IMG/VR virus record: IMGVR_UViG_3300036833_000338
Location: 1 to 56,783 of that record
Strand: one strand, 5' to 3'
From: a virus
Lineage: Duplodnaviria; Caudoviricetes
Length of the DNA: 56,783 nt
Shown in pieces: positions 1-9,165 of this stretch (position 1 is the first letter of the stretch; each line of letters opens with the position of its first letter). Both the position numbers and the translations under genes were made by a program. Under the pieces are notes generated by a model that was given only the letters and a program-made list of their open reading frames with translations, made no database searches and was not told the DNA's origin.

Positions 1-1345
1 CGAGGTCGACGATCGGCTTAAAGGACGTGTCGCCGTGCAGCCAGCGGTCGATCTGGTCGGCCATCTGGTTGTCCTCGAACCCGCCGCCCGCCGGGCGCAT
101 GAAGAGCTGCTGCAGCCCTTCGCTGATCTGCCGCGGCAATACCATCTCGCCGGGATGCAGGCTTGCCGGGACGATGCCGCCATGCTGATAACCGGGATGG
201 GAAGTCTTCCACTGCTGTTCGAATTCAGTTTCGAGCGCGCGTAGCGATTTGCCTTTGTGGTCGCGTTCCCACTCGCGAAGCGTCTGGTTCCACGCGATAT
301 CATGTGGATTACCACCGAGTTGCTGCCCGAGACCAAGGCCGATGACGCCGCCCACAGCTGTGCCGATGCCCGGCCCGCCAATTGCGGTGCCAGCCGCCGC
401 ACCACCGAGCAGCCCCGCCAGCGCGGGATGCTCAAGGAGCCATTTGATACTGTCGATAATCCCGAGGAGAACTGTGCCCAGATCTTTCAGCCCCGTGGTA
501 AAGCGCTGGATCGCCTCGGGATCTTTGAGCCAGTTGGCAAAGCTGTCGACCAGCTCCTTGAAACTTTTTATCGTGTTCTCGGAGAGCAGCCACTCCCTGA
601 AGGCGTCGGTGAGTTGTGTGATAGCTGCGCTGATCCGCTCGTCGGTGAAGAACCGCGCGAACCCAAGCCTGAAGGTCTCGCCGAGAGCCCAAAAGGCCGT
701 GTCCATTTCTTTGGCGCGCTCGGTGGCCTTTTTGTACGCCTCCGTGGTGTCGCCGCCGAACACCTTGACGGCAATCTCGCCGAACTTTATTTGCCTCTCG
801 TTGTAGCCTTCTTGTTCAGTATAAAGTGTGTGCAGCAGCCCGCTAAGGCCGGTATAGTCTTCGAACAGCTTGGCGAATTGTTGTGCCATGCTGCCCTGGG
901 CTTCGCCCCCGGCCTTGGCCATCTCCCCGTAAGCCTTGACGACCCGTTCGATGTAGTCCTTGGGATCTACGGTGAACTCGAAGCTCCCTGCCGCCGCCAG
1001 CGAGCGCATTTGCGCCGTCTGGTTGCGCAGTGCGCCGGCGACCCGGGCGAGCTGCGGCACGGCTTGACTGGCGTCGAGACCGGCACCGGTAATCCCGGCG
1101 CGGTATTTGTCGATCTCCAGCGCGCTGAGGCCGAGCTCACGGCTGGAATAGTAGAGCTGGTCGAATGCGTTGGTCGTGCGCCGCACCGTCTCCTCGACGC
1201 CGACCGCCAGCGCCAATAGCCCGAGACGCAGCTCGTTGACCTGGCGCGCAGCGCCGGTCATCGTATCTTGAAAGCGCTTTTGTCCAGCAGGATCGACAGT
1301 GAATCCGAGCTTTACGAGAAAGCTCTGCAGCGTCTGATCAGCCAC
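1..1345 (-). CDS. Tape measure protein, 5' part (runs off the window)
   Basis: GTG at 1345 reads MADQTLQSFLVKLGFTVDPAGQKRFQDTM, a typical N-terminus for this tail type; follows the chaperone genes; absent from the ORF track because no stop lies in the window. Confidence 0.75.
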   Translation of the reverse strand, partial: MADQTLQSFLVKLGFTVDPAGQKRFQDTMTGAARQVNELRLGLLALAVGVEETVRRTTNAFDQLYYSSRELGLSALEIDKYRAGITGAGLDASQAVPQLARVAGALRNQTAQMRSLAAAGSFEFTVDPKDYIERVVKAYGEMAKAGGEAQGSMAQQFAKLFEDYTGLSGLLHTLYTEQEGYNERQIKFGEIAVKVFGGDTTEAYKKATERAKEMDTAFWALGETFRLGFARFFTDERISAAITQLTDAFREWLLSENTIKSFKELVDSFANWLKDPEAIQRFTTGLKDLGTVLLGIIDSIKWLLEHPALAGLLGGAAAGTAIGGPGIGTAVGGVIGLGLGQQLGGNPHDIAWNQTLREWERDHKGKSLRALETEFEQQWKTSHPGYQHGGIVPASLHPGEMVLPRQISEGLQQLFMRPAGGGFEDNQMADQIDRWLHGDTSFKPIVDL

Positions 1346-1523
1346 GGCGGTGCTCCGCGTTGGCGGCGTCCTCGAGACGCGCGCGGTTCTCGGCGCGCAC
1401 CGCCAGGTACTCGTTCATCCGCGCGATATCGACCAGCTTGAGGGTGCCGTCCTTGAGCGACTCATAGCGGCACATGCCCTCGGCCACCGGGTGCAATAGC
1501 CATTCCTCCCCGTCGTCGGTCAT
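1338..1523 (-). CDS. Tail assembly chaperone downstream part (GT-like)
   Basis: EEWLLHPVAEGMCRYESLKDGTLKLVDIARMNEYL; lies between chaperone and tape measure, in the -1 frame of the upstream gene. Confidence 0.75.
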   Translation of the reverse strand: MTDDGEEWLLHPVAEGMCRYESLKDGTLKLVDIARMNEYLAVRAENRARLEDAANAEHRRG

Positions 1524-1996
1524 GCTGGCCCATTCGATGGCGTAAGGACTATGCCGCCCAAAAGACTGAGGAGGCCCTCGCGAAAAAAAGGCCCGAGCTG
1601 GTCCTCCAACACCGCCCGCATCAATTGCAGCGCATCACCGAGCTTGAGATCCTCAAACATCAGGATGCCCTGCGCCGTCGTCAGCCGTGCCCAATTTTGC
1701 GCGCCTTCGCCCCGCCGCATGACCGTACCTAGGGTTGTGCGTAAAATGTATTCGGAGTCCTCCTGCGACATCTCGGCAATGGCCTGCGCCACCGGCCCGA
1801 TCGAACCCCAGAAGGCCGGGTTCGCGGTCACGCTCACGTCACTGCCGTTGCCCGCCGCCGATGTTTGGGCGCGCGTCAGCGACTCGATCAGCCCCACCAA
1901 AAACGGCATCAATTTGCGGGACAGGTGGTAGGCCTGAAACACGTCGAGGTCGCCGGTGCGGTAATTGATCCCGCCGATCGAAAGCTCCTGCACCAA
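1520..1996 (-). CDS. Tail assembly chaperone
   Basis: 158 aa, follows tail tube; GGAGG RBS; LDVFQAYHLSRKLMPFL motif. Confidence 0.75.
   Translation of the reverse strand: MVQELSIGGINYRTGDLDVFQAYHLSRKLMPFLVGLIESLTRAQTSAAGNGSDVSVTANPAFWGSIGPVAQAIAEMSQEDSEYILRTTLGTVMRRGEGAQNWARLTTAQGILMFEDLKLGDALQLMRAVLEDQLGPFFREGLLSLLGGIVLTPSNGPA
1583..1589 (-). other. Slippery heptamer T-TTT-TTT, candidate -1 programmed frameshift site
   Basis: CCT TTT TTT CGC near the chaperone 3' end; the -1 frame is open into ORF 1338..1523. Confidence 0.75.
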
Positions 1997-2004
1997 TCAC
2001 CTCC

Positions 2005-2478
2005 TTAGAACGCGACCGCGAGCCCCGAGCCGAGCACGAAATCGACCTGGCCGGCATGGAATGTCCACACCATCTCGCCGCCTTCTTTGGCATAGGTCAC
2101 ATCCGCGAACTTCGCGAACGCGCAAAATTGGCAGTTGATCACGTCGTTGCGCTGCAAGTCGCGGACGCTGATCTGGTTGGTGCCGTGATTGGCCGACGCC
2201 TGCGGGTTGCCCGCGACGTTGGTGTCGAGCCCGTACATCAGCGACAGCACCGAGTTGCTCGGTGAGGTCTTAAGTAAACGCACAGTAATAGTCGCCGATT
2301 TTCCGGCGTGTAGCGAGTGCATGACCTGGCCGTCCGCTCCTATAGTCATCGACGATTTATCCTCTGTCATTACAATACTTATACCACCTTCGGCATTGCC
2401 GGCACCCGAGCCCAGCGTGACGTTTCCGTTGGGACCGACAATGCTGCAAAGGTTATCTAAAAACGAGTATGTGGCCAC
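2005..2478 (-). CDS. Tail tube protein (DUF3277-like)
   Basis: MATYSFLD...GADGQVMHSLHAGKSATITVRLLKTSPSN; downstream of sheath. Confidence 0.85.
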   Translation of the reverse strand: MATYSFLDNLCSIVGPNGNVTLGSGAGNAEGGISIVMTEDKSSMTIGADGQVMHSLHAGKSATITVRLLKTSPSNSVLSLMYGLDTNVAGNPQASANHGTNQISVRDLQRNDVINCQFCAFAKFADVTYAKEGGEMVWTFHAGQVDFVLGSGLAVAF

Positions 2479-2543
2479 GAGTGCTCTCCCATAGATAGCA
2501 GAAACCCCGCTGGCAAGCGGAGCTCCGGATCACCATATGAAGC

Positions 2544-2634
2544 GGGCGACGCGATGCTTCGAACACCGTGCCGCCCTTGACACTGCCGGTCGTTAGGAGG
2601 ACCAGCGATGCCCGACGAGATCTTACCTCCGATC
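2544..2634 (+). promoter_or_regulatory. Two-hairpin leader element, family 1 copy A
   Basis: GGGCGACGCGATG-loop-CACCGTGCCGCCC, TTGACA, GGTC-GTTAGGAG-GACC, ATGCCCGA; similar to copies at 15396 and 55659. Confidence 0.7.
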
Positions 2635-3327
2635 ATCACGCGAGCCGACGCGAAAGCGCGCGGGCTCAAGCGCTATTTTACCGGGAAACCATGCAAACAT
2701 GGGCATGTCGCGGAGCGATATCTCTGTGGGTTATGTTGTAAATGTGATCGCCTGTGGCAAAAGACCTATTATCACCAAGATCCTGTCAAATATCGCGCGA
2801 TGAGCCGTGCATGGCAAATGGCTCATCCCGAATATATGCGAGAATATATCAAAGACTGGGACCAACTAAATCCTGGCCGCAGACGAGACCATCGAAATAA
2901 ATGGAAACTGGCAAACCCAGAGAAGGATATCGAGGCAAAACGTAAATCCGCGGCATTACCAAAAAGCAAAGCTCGAAGAGCGCAATATGTAGTTGATCGA
3001 CTGAAAACTGACCCACTATTTCGATTGAGCCGCGGTTTGCGGACTAGATTAGGTGCTGCGCTGCACGATGATAAAAAAGGCGGTTCCGCTATTCGTGATC
3101 TCGGCTGCACTATCGCTGAACTCAAAATCTGGCTTGAAAGCCAATTCGCTCCAGAGATGACGTGGGAAAATCGTGGCCCGGTTTGGCACGTCGACCACAA
3201 GATTCCGCTAGCGGCCTTTGATCTCACCGATCCGGTGGAGCTCAAGCAGGCGTGCCACTACACCAATCTGCAGCCGCTATTTGCCCGAGATAATCACAGG
3301 AAGGGGTCAACAAATGCCCGAAGATGA
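2608..3327 (+). CDS. Free-standing HNH homing endonuclease, antisense to the tail operon
   Basis: C-terminal MTWENRGPVWHVDHKIPLAAFDL...CHYTNLQPLFARDNHRKG; N-terminal AKARGLKRYFTGKPCKHGH Zn module; AT-richer than flanks. Confidence 0.9.
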   Translation: MPDEILPPIITRADAKARGLKRYFTGKPCKHGHVAERYLCGLCCKCDRLWQKTYYHQDPVKYRAMSRAWQMAHPEYMREYIKDWDQLNPGRRRDHRNKWKLANPEKDIEAKRKSAALPKSKARRAQYVVDRLKTDPLFRLSRGLRTRLGAALHDDKKGGSAIRDLGCTIAELKIWLESQFAPEMTWENRGPVWHVDHKIPLAAFDLTDPVELKQACHYTNLQPLFARDNHRKGSTNARR

Positions 3328-3691
3328 TGTAAGCGCCCGCCTCGCCCGGATCGAGGCGAACATCGCCACCAAAGCCGATCTCGAAGTCGCGGTGGCAACC
3401 GCAGTTGCCGGGCTGGCGACCAAAGCCGATCTCGCGCCCTTCGCCACCAAGGCCGACCTCGAGGGCGTCGCCAAGAATGTCGATATCACCAAGCTCAGTG
3501 ATGACGTGCGGCGGCTACGCGATGATGTGATCGCCCTCAAGGATGATCTTGCGGTAACCACCGCGATCGCCCAACGGCTCGATCATGTAACCAGCCGGCT
3601 GATCGTTGACGTGCTCACCGAGATCCGCGCCGAACATAGCCGCATGGATCGGCTGCTCGGCCGCGTCCGCGCCCTCGAAGGGGAGCCGTAA
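3314..3691 (+). CDS. Coiled-coil protein with ATKADL repeats (DUF1640/CCDC90-like)
   Basis: Three ATKADL repeats and heptad pattern; start taken at MPEDD. Confidence 0.65.
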   Translation: MPEDDVSARLARIEANIATKADLEVAVATAVAGLATKADLAPFATKADLEGVAKNVDITKLSDDVRRLRDDVIALKDDLAVTTAIAQRLDHVTSRLIVDVLTEIRAEHSRMDRLLGRVRALEGEP

Positions 3692-3754
3692 AAATCAAGT
3701 TTTTGGCCGGAACTCGCAAGTTTCCGAGCGTTGTGATTGCCATATTTAGTCTAC

Positions 3755-3770
3755 CGGCGCTGGAACGCCG
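3755..3770 (+). promoter_or_regulatory. Hairpin with CTGGAA loop upstream of RBS (family 3)
   Basis: CGGCG-CTGGAA-CGCCG followed by AAAGGA and ATG 3792. Confidence 0.5.
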
Positions 3771-3791
3771 CGGAACAGAAAGGACACCCCG

Positions 3792-4118
3792 ATGAACAAG
3801 ACCCTCACCGCCATCGCGCTCGCCACCGCCGTGCTCGCGAGCACTACGACAACTAGCCATGCTTTCGGGCCGCCCGCTAACGTAAAGCCCGGCGATTGCT
3901 GGCAAGACGGCTGGCAACAGGTATGCAAATACGCGCCAGGACCGGCCGCGCCGTTTGGGTACACAGGGCCGCCGCACCCTGAACCAGCGGCTCCCGCTGC
4001 GGCAGTCGCCCCGAGCGCACAGCCCCGCAATGCAGACGACGAAGCCTTTTATAAGGGAGTGGTTTGGTGTCACATAGCCTTGCACGCCAGCCTTGCTGAC
4101 TGCGCAAAGAAATATTAG
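3792..4118 (+). CDS. Exported protein with signal peptide
   Basis: MNKTLTAIALATAVLASTTTTSHA signal-like N-terminus; AAAGGA RBS. Confidence 0.7.
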   Translation: MNKTLTAIALATAVLASTTTTSHAFGPPANVKPGDCWQDGWQQVCKYAPGPAAPFGYTGPPHPEPAAPAAAVAPSAQPRNADDEAFYKGVVWCHIALHASLADCAKKY

Positions 4119-4121
4119 GCG

Positions 4122-4250
4122 ATGATGATCGCGATCGCCGGCGGCATTCTGCTGGCGCTGGCCGTTCTCGGGGTGCTCCGGCGCCTGCCGCAGATCCTCG
4201 CGATCCTCTTCGTCCTCTACCTGATTGGCAGCTGCGTCGGACCACACTAG
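4122..4250 (+). CDS. Small membrane protein (42 aa)
   Basis: MMIAIAGGILLALAVLGVLRRLPQILAILFVLYLIGSCVGPH, two hydrophobic segments; read by hand. Confidence 0.55.
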   Translation: MMIAIAGGILLALAVLGVLRRLPQILAILFVLYLIGSCVGPH

Positions 4251-4261
4251 ATAGTTGATTT

Positions 4262-5809
4262 TTATCTGTTGACGTTTATCAACACTGAGGCAAAATGCAC
4301 AGCCCCGGCGAGTTTGCAGGCCACCTGAATCAGCGGTGCTATTCTTGCTTCGCGATCTGCTTGGTCTTGGGCGTCGACCGATTGGGCAAACGAGTACCAC
4401 CCTGCGTGCAGCGTATCGCCCTGGTTGAGCTGGCCAAACCCCGGCGCGTTCCACACGCCCGGTGCGATTAATCCGTTCACCACACCCTGCGACAGGCTGA
4501 GATCGCAGGTGGTCACCAGGGTATGCACGCCGGGGTTGGTCTGCGGCACTTTCGGAGATTGATAGAGGACATTCCAGAGATCATTCTGCATGCGGTTCGA
4601 CAGCCAGTCGAGCCCGTGCATCTCGTCGAAATAGGCTGGTCCCGACATGACGCCTTCCTGGAGGATCGCGGCACCGTTGTTGTATTGGACGTAGACATTG
4701 GTGCGCTTGTTGGCGAGCGTCGTCGCCTGGGTGGCCGAAAGCAATTCGGGGAAAATCCCCGGCTCGACCTTGAACTTCATCGTGATCGTGGTGTTGCTGC
4801 CCTCGAAATTCGTGGTCAAGGCCCGGCCGAAGAAGCTGGCGATCGCGAAGCGCTGCGATGAATACTGAACCACGGTGCGCATGTAGTTGGCCAGCATCGA
4901 CAGGCTGCCGATGTCGGCGGCACTGGCGGCGTTGAGGCAGAGCGGGTCTTGCGAGGTGATCCCGTACATATGCTTGTCGGCGGCGGCCTCGATATAGCCG
5001 GAGACCGCCTGGTGCTCGGCATTGGTCAGGATGCGCGAGGCGGCGAAGGTGCAGGCGTACCAGCCGCGGCCGTCGACCCGAGCGACGCAGGCGACCGGGG
5101 TCTCAAGCGCGATGCCGGCGACGTTGCGCGAGGCCAGCGCCGCGGTCATCAGCAGGCCGCCATAGACTACCGGCGTTGTTCCCCCGGCACCTGAGATGTC
5201 GAGGCCGGCGATCGGCGCGCTCAGGTAGCTGACCGTCGAACCCGGGCCGCCTGTGGCGCTACCGCTCGTCAGCATGAATACCGGGTTGTTGATGCCGCCC
5301 CAAGTAAAGGTCGCATTTGTCGCGCCTACCCCGCCGGATGTGCGTATCGCCCCTTGGATGAGCGAGGCAACGCCGTTGAGATTGGTCTGGGTGCCGAAGT
5401 CGAGGCCGCTGACATGGAACACCGTGCCGCCGTCGAGTGTGCATGTGAACCCGCCGGTGTTGGTGCCCGTGATCGAAGTCCAGTTCGACATCAATTGCTG
5501 GGTGGCCGACAGCGGCCCGCTGACGAGCCGGCCATTGGTCGCGGTGTTCGCCCAGCGGCCGATGAAGAGGGTGCCCGGCTGCGGCACCTGGCCGAAGAAC
5601 AGCGCGGCGGCGAGGTATTCGGGCGCGGCCGTGCCGAAGTCGTTCGCCACGTCGTGGATCGAATTGTATTCTCGGATCGCCTCGCCGGTGTCGACGACCG
5701 TGCTGTCGCCGAGGATCAGCAACGTGTCGAATCGGACGGTCGGGATCGCCGCGGGCGCAAAATTGACGGTCACGTCAACGACGCGGCTGACGCTCAGACC
5801 TTGCGGCAT
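4262..5809 (-). CDS. Tail sheath protein (DUF3383-like)
   Basis: GLSVSRVVDVTVN; APEYLAAALFFGQVPQP; TITMKFKVEPGI; KLAGAVHFASVLINVNR. Confidence 0.9.
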   Translation of the reverse strand: MPQGLSVSRVVDVTVNFAPAAIPTVRFDTLLILGDSTVVDTGEAIREYNSIHDVANDFGTAAPEYLAAALFFGQVPQPGTLFIGRWANTATNGRLVSGPLSATQQLMSNWTSITGTNTGGFTCTLDGGTVFHVSGLDFGTQTNLNGVASLIQGAIRTSGGVGATNATFTWGGINNPVFMLTSGSATGGPGSTVSYLSAPIAGLDISGAGGTTPVVYGGLLMTAALASRNVAGIALETPVACVARVDGRGWYACTFAASRILTNAEHQAVSGYIEAAADKHMYGITSQDPLCLNAASAADIGSLSMLANYMRTVVQYSSQRFAIASFFGRALTTNFEGSNTTITMKFKVEPGIFPELLSATQATTLANKRTNVYVQYNNGAAILQEGVMSGPAYFDEMHGLDWLSNRMQNDLWNVLYQSPKVPQTNPGVHTLVTTCDLSLSQGVVNGLIAPGVWNAPGFGQLNQGDTLHAGWYSFAQSVDAQDQADREARIAPLIQVACKLAGAVHFASVLINVNR

Positions 5810-5895
5810 CGCTTATCTCCTGATAGGGGCGTTTGGGGCGTTATCAGTGTCGAAATTCATCCTCGACCAGGCGGATTTCGCTTGGCGGCTGCGGA

Positions 5896-7389
5896 TCAAC
5901 TAATCACCACCGGGCCGACCTGCAGGTTATCCACGGCGCTCGGGGTCCATGGTGCACCGGTATTCGGGTCGGTGACATCGACGCGCCAGGTCCAAAACAT
6001 GGATGTCGATAGCGTCTCTGTCGGGGTTTGCACCGTGGTAGTCCCAGAAGTAAGATTCAGGCTTCCCGACCGCGGATTGAGATTGTCCGACTTGGCCATG
6101 ATGCCTCGCGTGACCACTGCGACGATCGATGGCGGCTCTACGGCAAGACCGCTAATATTATATGTATCGCTGGCACCGGCAACGCCATCGTTGACAAAAA
6201 CGGCGTTGTTATACTGCAGAGGACCAGCAATGGTGGCATTGCTGCTGGCAGTGTAGACTATCGACACAACCGGAGCCGGACCGCTGGCAACACCTACCGA
6301 GTTAAGAGGGAACACAGCGTAAGCCGTGGGACTGCTGCAGCCGGTGATACCGAAGGTGGTGGCTCCGCTGTTGATGTTCGATCCGGTCGGGCTGTCGCTG
6401 CAAAACCCAGCCCATAGTTGTGTATTTTTGCTAACTGCCACTGCTGGTGAAAAAGTAAAGCTGTTGTTTCCGGTCACCGGATTATTGATTGGCGCTGTCG
6501 CCGCAGCCAACACTGTAGTAGGTCCAGCCGCCGTGCCGCTGAACAGCGCACACCGCATATTGCCGGTATAACCTAAAGCCATCGACAAGAGCACGTTGTT
6601 TATGGTGCCGTCATACTTCGCGAGAAAGCCTACATATAAGGCGGCCGGCGGAGTCATGCTCATGGATGCAAACGCGGTGTTGAGGATATGGGTCGCTGGC
6701 GATACTCTGCTGTACTGAATGCTGACGTCAGTGGCCGGCCGTCGAGAATAGCACCGGATGTCACCAAGCCACGCCACCGAAACTGGATCGCTACGCCATA
6801 TAAAATCATCGATCAACCAGTTATTGATCTGGGCATTCTGCCCGAGGACTAGTTGATTGGCGTAATTGTTGGTCGTGCCACCGCGTGTATTGAGCCCGGT
6901 CGCCGAGAAACTATTGACTTGGGTGCCTCCCTTGCGCACGCTGAAGCTGCCACCAGTGTTGTTGATCACCACTTCAAACTCGTATAAAAACCATTCGTTA
7001 CGGAAGTTTACCGCGTTAGGATAGGTCGCCAGCACCGTGCCAGTCGGACCACCAGAAGTCAATAAAATGGCGCCGTCGCTGCGAAACACAATGGTGCATT
7101 GCGCAGTGCTTCCGTCACCCAGGGTTAAATAGCCGCCGAGCGTGGCGCCGCTCAGCCCCTGGGTCTGCATGTAAGCAATGGTGATATGGTGAATCGAGTC
7201 GTTAGCGCCGGAATTTTTGGTGAGCCAGAAACCAAGAACTGTTGACGACTGGAATGCCTGACTACCTGCAAACCTCCCAGCCACCAGAGTAGCGCACGGC
7301 GCGCCGCTGTTCATGGTGTCCCAGTAGCCGTTGGGCAAGGTTTGCACAATGTCGTACGTATCGAAGCTATCGGCGAAAAACCATGCCAT
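5896..7389 (-). CDS. Virion fibre or receptor-binding-like beta-rich protein, paralog 2
   Basis: 497 aa; shares [26 protein letters not shown] and TDPNTGAPW blocks with 7636..9165. Confidence 0.6.
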   Translation of the reverse strand: MAWFFADSFDTYDIVQTLPNGYWDTMNSGAPCATLVAGRFAGSQAFQSSTVLGFWLTKNSGANDSIHHITIAYMQTQGLSGATLGGYLTLGDGSTAQCTIVFRSDGAILLTSGGPTGTVLATYPNAVNFRNEWFLYEFEVVINNTGGSFSVRKGGTQVNSFSATGLNTRGGTTNNYANQLVLGQNAQINNWLIDDFIWRSDPVSVAWLGDIRCYSRRPATDVSIQYSRVSPATHILNTAFASMSMTPPAALYVGFLAKYDGTINNVLLSMALGYTGNMRCALFSGTAAGPTTVLAAATAPINNPVTGNNSFTFSPAVAVSKNTQLWAGFCSDSPTGSNINSGATTFGITGCSSPTAYAVFPLNSVGVASGPAPVVSIVYTASSNATIAGPLQYNNAVFVNDGVAGASDTYNISGLAVEPPSIVAVVTRGIMAKSDNLNPRSGSLNLTSGTTTVQTPTETLSTSMFWTWRVDVTDPNTGAPWTPSAVDNLQVGPVVIS

Positions 7390-7411
7390 TTTGTCAGACC
7401 TTTCCGATCAA

Positions 7412-7633
7412 TCACGCCATAACCATAACTCGCGCTTGGCCTGACGGCGGCCCGGTCCCAGCCTGCGCAACCGACGCCCATTCTTCGATCACGGCTTGGG
7501 TCACCACCATGCGCAAGATGACGGTATTGACCGTGCCCCATTCCTCGATCGTTCCTTGGATCAAAAGCATCGCTGGCGGGACAGGCGGGCCCCACTCATC
7601 GATGGAAATTTGAGAAGTCTGGTGATCAGTCAT
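7412..7633 (-). CDS. Small protein with repeated (I/V)EEW motif, possible fibre adaptor
   Basis: IDEWG / IEEWG / IEEWA repeats; between the two paralogs. Confidence 0.55.
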   Translation of the reverse strand: MTDHQTSQISIDEWGPPVPPAMLLIQGTIEEWGTVNTVILRMVVTQAVIEEWASVAQAGTGPPSGQARVMVMA

Positions 7634-7635
7634 CG

Positions 7636-9165
7636 CTAGCTCAGCACCACCGGGCCGATTTGCAGATTGTTGACTCCGGCCGGAGCCCACGCCGCCCCGG
7701 TTGCCGGATCTGTTGTATCGGTGCGCCACGCCCAGCCATAGACTGTGGTCAGCGCGGTGGTTGGCGTGGCAACGGTCGTGCCGGCGGATTTGAGCTGCAT
7801 GGCACCGGTGCGCGATCCGGCATCGGTCTTGCCGACAAACCCACGAGTCGTCACCGCAATGATACTAGCTGGTGTGCCGGTCATCGCCCCGAGGGTGTAA
7901 AAGTCGGCGTCGCCGGTATTGCCGTCGGTGAGATAGCTGAGCCCGCTGTTCTCGACTGCTTGGTTGACGCAATCGGCGTTGGTCGCCGGGTTGAAAGTCG
8001 CAATTACGCTGGCCTGCTGCGCGCTAGCGGAAGTCCCGGTCGGATTGGAGGTCGGCCACGAGGCATAGGCCTGAGTGGCGGACAGTCCGCCGGCAACCGC
8101 CGTGCTGCCGGCGAATATCATCGAGGCATCCTGGTTATAGCCGAACCAGTATTGAGTGCCTTTGACCAATGTCGGGGGCGATGCGAAAGTGACGGTCTGG
8201 CTGGTCAGAGGCAAAGGATTGAGAATCTCGCTCGATGTTGCCAGCAAAGCTCCGGGAGCTCCGGCAGCGTCGCTGTAGATCGCGCACTTGACATGCCCAG
8301 TGCCGCCTCCGGTGGTGACGTTGAAGCTGACTGTGGCGCTGCCGAGAGTGCCGTTGAAGCCAGCATTGAACGGGAAGTAACTAGGTGCGCCAGCGGCTTT
8401 GGCCGTCAATGCGGTGGTGCCGCTGACGGCGTTCTGAGCCGCAGTCGATCTGGTAAACAACGCTTGGACATCACTGGCGGGGGAGCGAACATAGCAACGT
8501 ATGTCACCAAGCCACGGCGGGGCCGTCACATCGCTGCGCCACAGGAAATCGTCGAACTGGCAGCTGGAGACTGTCTGCGCCTGGAACATTAACAAGCGAT
8601 TGGCGTAGCTGTTGGCCGTGCCGCCACGCGTGGCGAGCCCGGTGATGGGTCCGAAGGTGTTGGTGCTGCTGCCGTTCAGACGGGCAGTAAAGCTGCCTGC
8701 GGTCGGATGGATGACCACCTCGAATTCAAATGCGTACCATGTATTGGCCACTGCGATCGGATTGCTCCCGCCGTTGGTGCCTGGTGTCCCCCAGGTCGCC
8801 AGGACCGTTCCCGTGGTGGCGCCGACGGGCATTCCCGAGGTTAGCAGGATCGTCCCGTCGCTGCGAAACACGATGCTGCACTGCGCGGTGGCGCCGTCCT
8901 GCAATGTCAGGACGTTCGCGTTGCGCACGCCGGTGGTGACCAATGCTGCGGTCTGGCGGTAGGCACAGATGATGTGGTGCACCGGGTCGTTGGACCCGCT
9001 CGCCTTGGCCAAATACAGCGTATTGGAGCCGGCGAGGCTGAGCGCCTGGCCAGCAAAACGGCCAGGCACCAAGGTGGCCGTGAAGCCGGTATCCCAGTAA
9101 CCGGAATAAGCGTCGGCGCCCGTCGCGTACAGATCGAAACCATCACCAAATATGTAAGCCATCAT
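7636..9165 (-). CDS. Virion fibre or receptor-binding-like beta-rich protein, paralog 1
   Basis: 509 aa, G/T/A-rich, paralogous to 5896..7389, within the structural operon. Confidence 0.6.
   Translation of the reverse strand: MMAYIFGDGFDLYATGADAYSGYWDTGFTATLVPGRFAGQALSLAGSNTLYLAKASGSNDPVHHIICAYRQTAALVTTGVRNANVLTLQDGATAQCSIVFRSDGTILLTSGMPVGATTGTVLATWGTPGTNGGSNPIAVANTWYAFEFEVVIHPTAGSFTARLNGSSTNTFGPITGLATRGGTANSYANRLLMFQAQTVSSCQFDDFLWRSDVTAPPWLGDIRCYVRSPASDVQALFTRSTAAQNAVSGTTALTAKAAGAPSYFPFNAGFNGTLGSATVSFNVTTGGGTGHVKCAIYSDAAGAPGALLATSSEILNPLPLTSQTVTFASPPTLVKGTQYWFGYNQDASMIFAGSTAVAGGLSATQAYASWPTSNPTGTSASAQQASVIATFNPATNADCVNQAVENSGLSYLTDGNTGDADFYTLGAMTGTPASIIAVTTRGFVGKTDAGSRTGAMQLKSAGTTVATPTTALTTVYGWAWRTDTTDPATGAAWAPAGVNNLQIGPVVLS

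Noticed and set aside
257-1219. 320-aa plus-strand ORF
   Set aside because: Antisense shadow of the tape measure gene; high GC keeps opposite frames open
2577-2582. TTGACA in family 1 leaders as a sigma70 -35 box
   Set aside because: No -10 box at 16-18 nt in any copy, and other copies read CTGACC; the -10-like boxes lie upstream of the hairpin
5896-9165. Diversity-generating retroelement acting on the paralogous fibre genes
   Set aside because: No reverse transcriptase in the window and no near-identical repeat pair differing only at adenines
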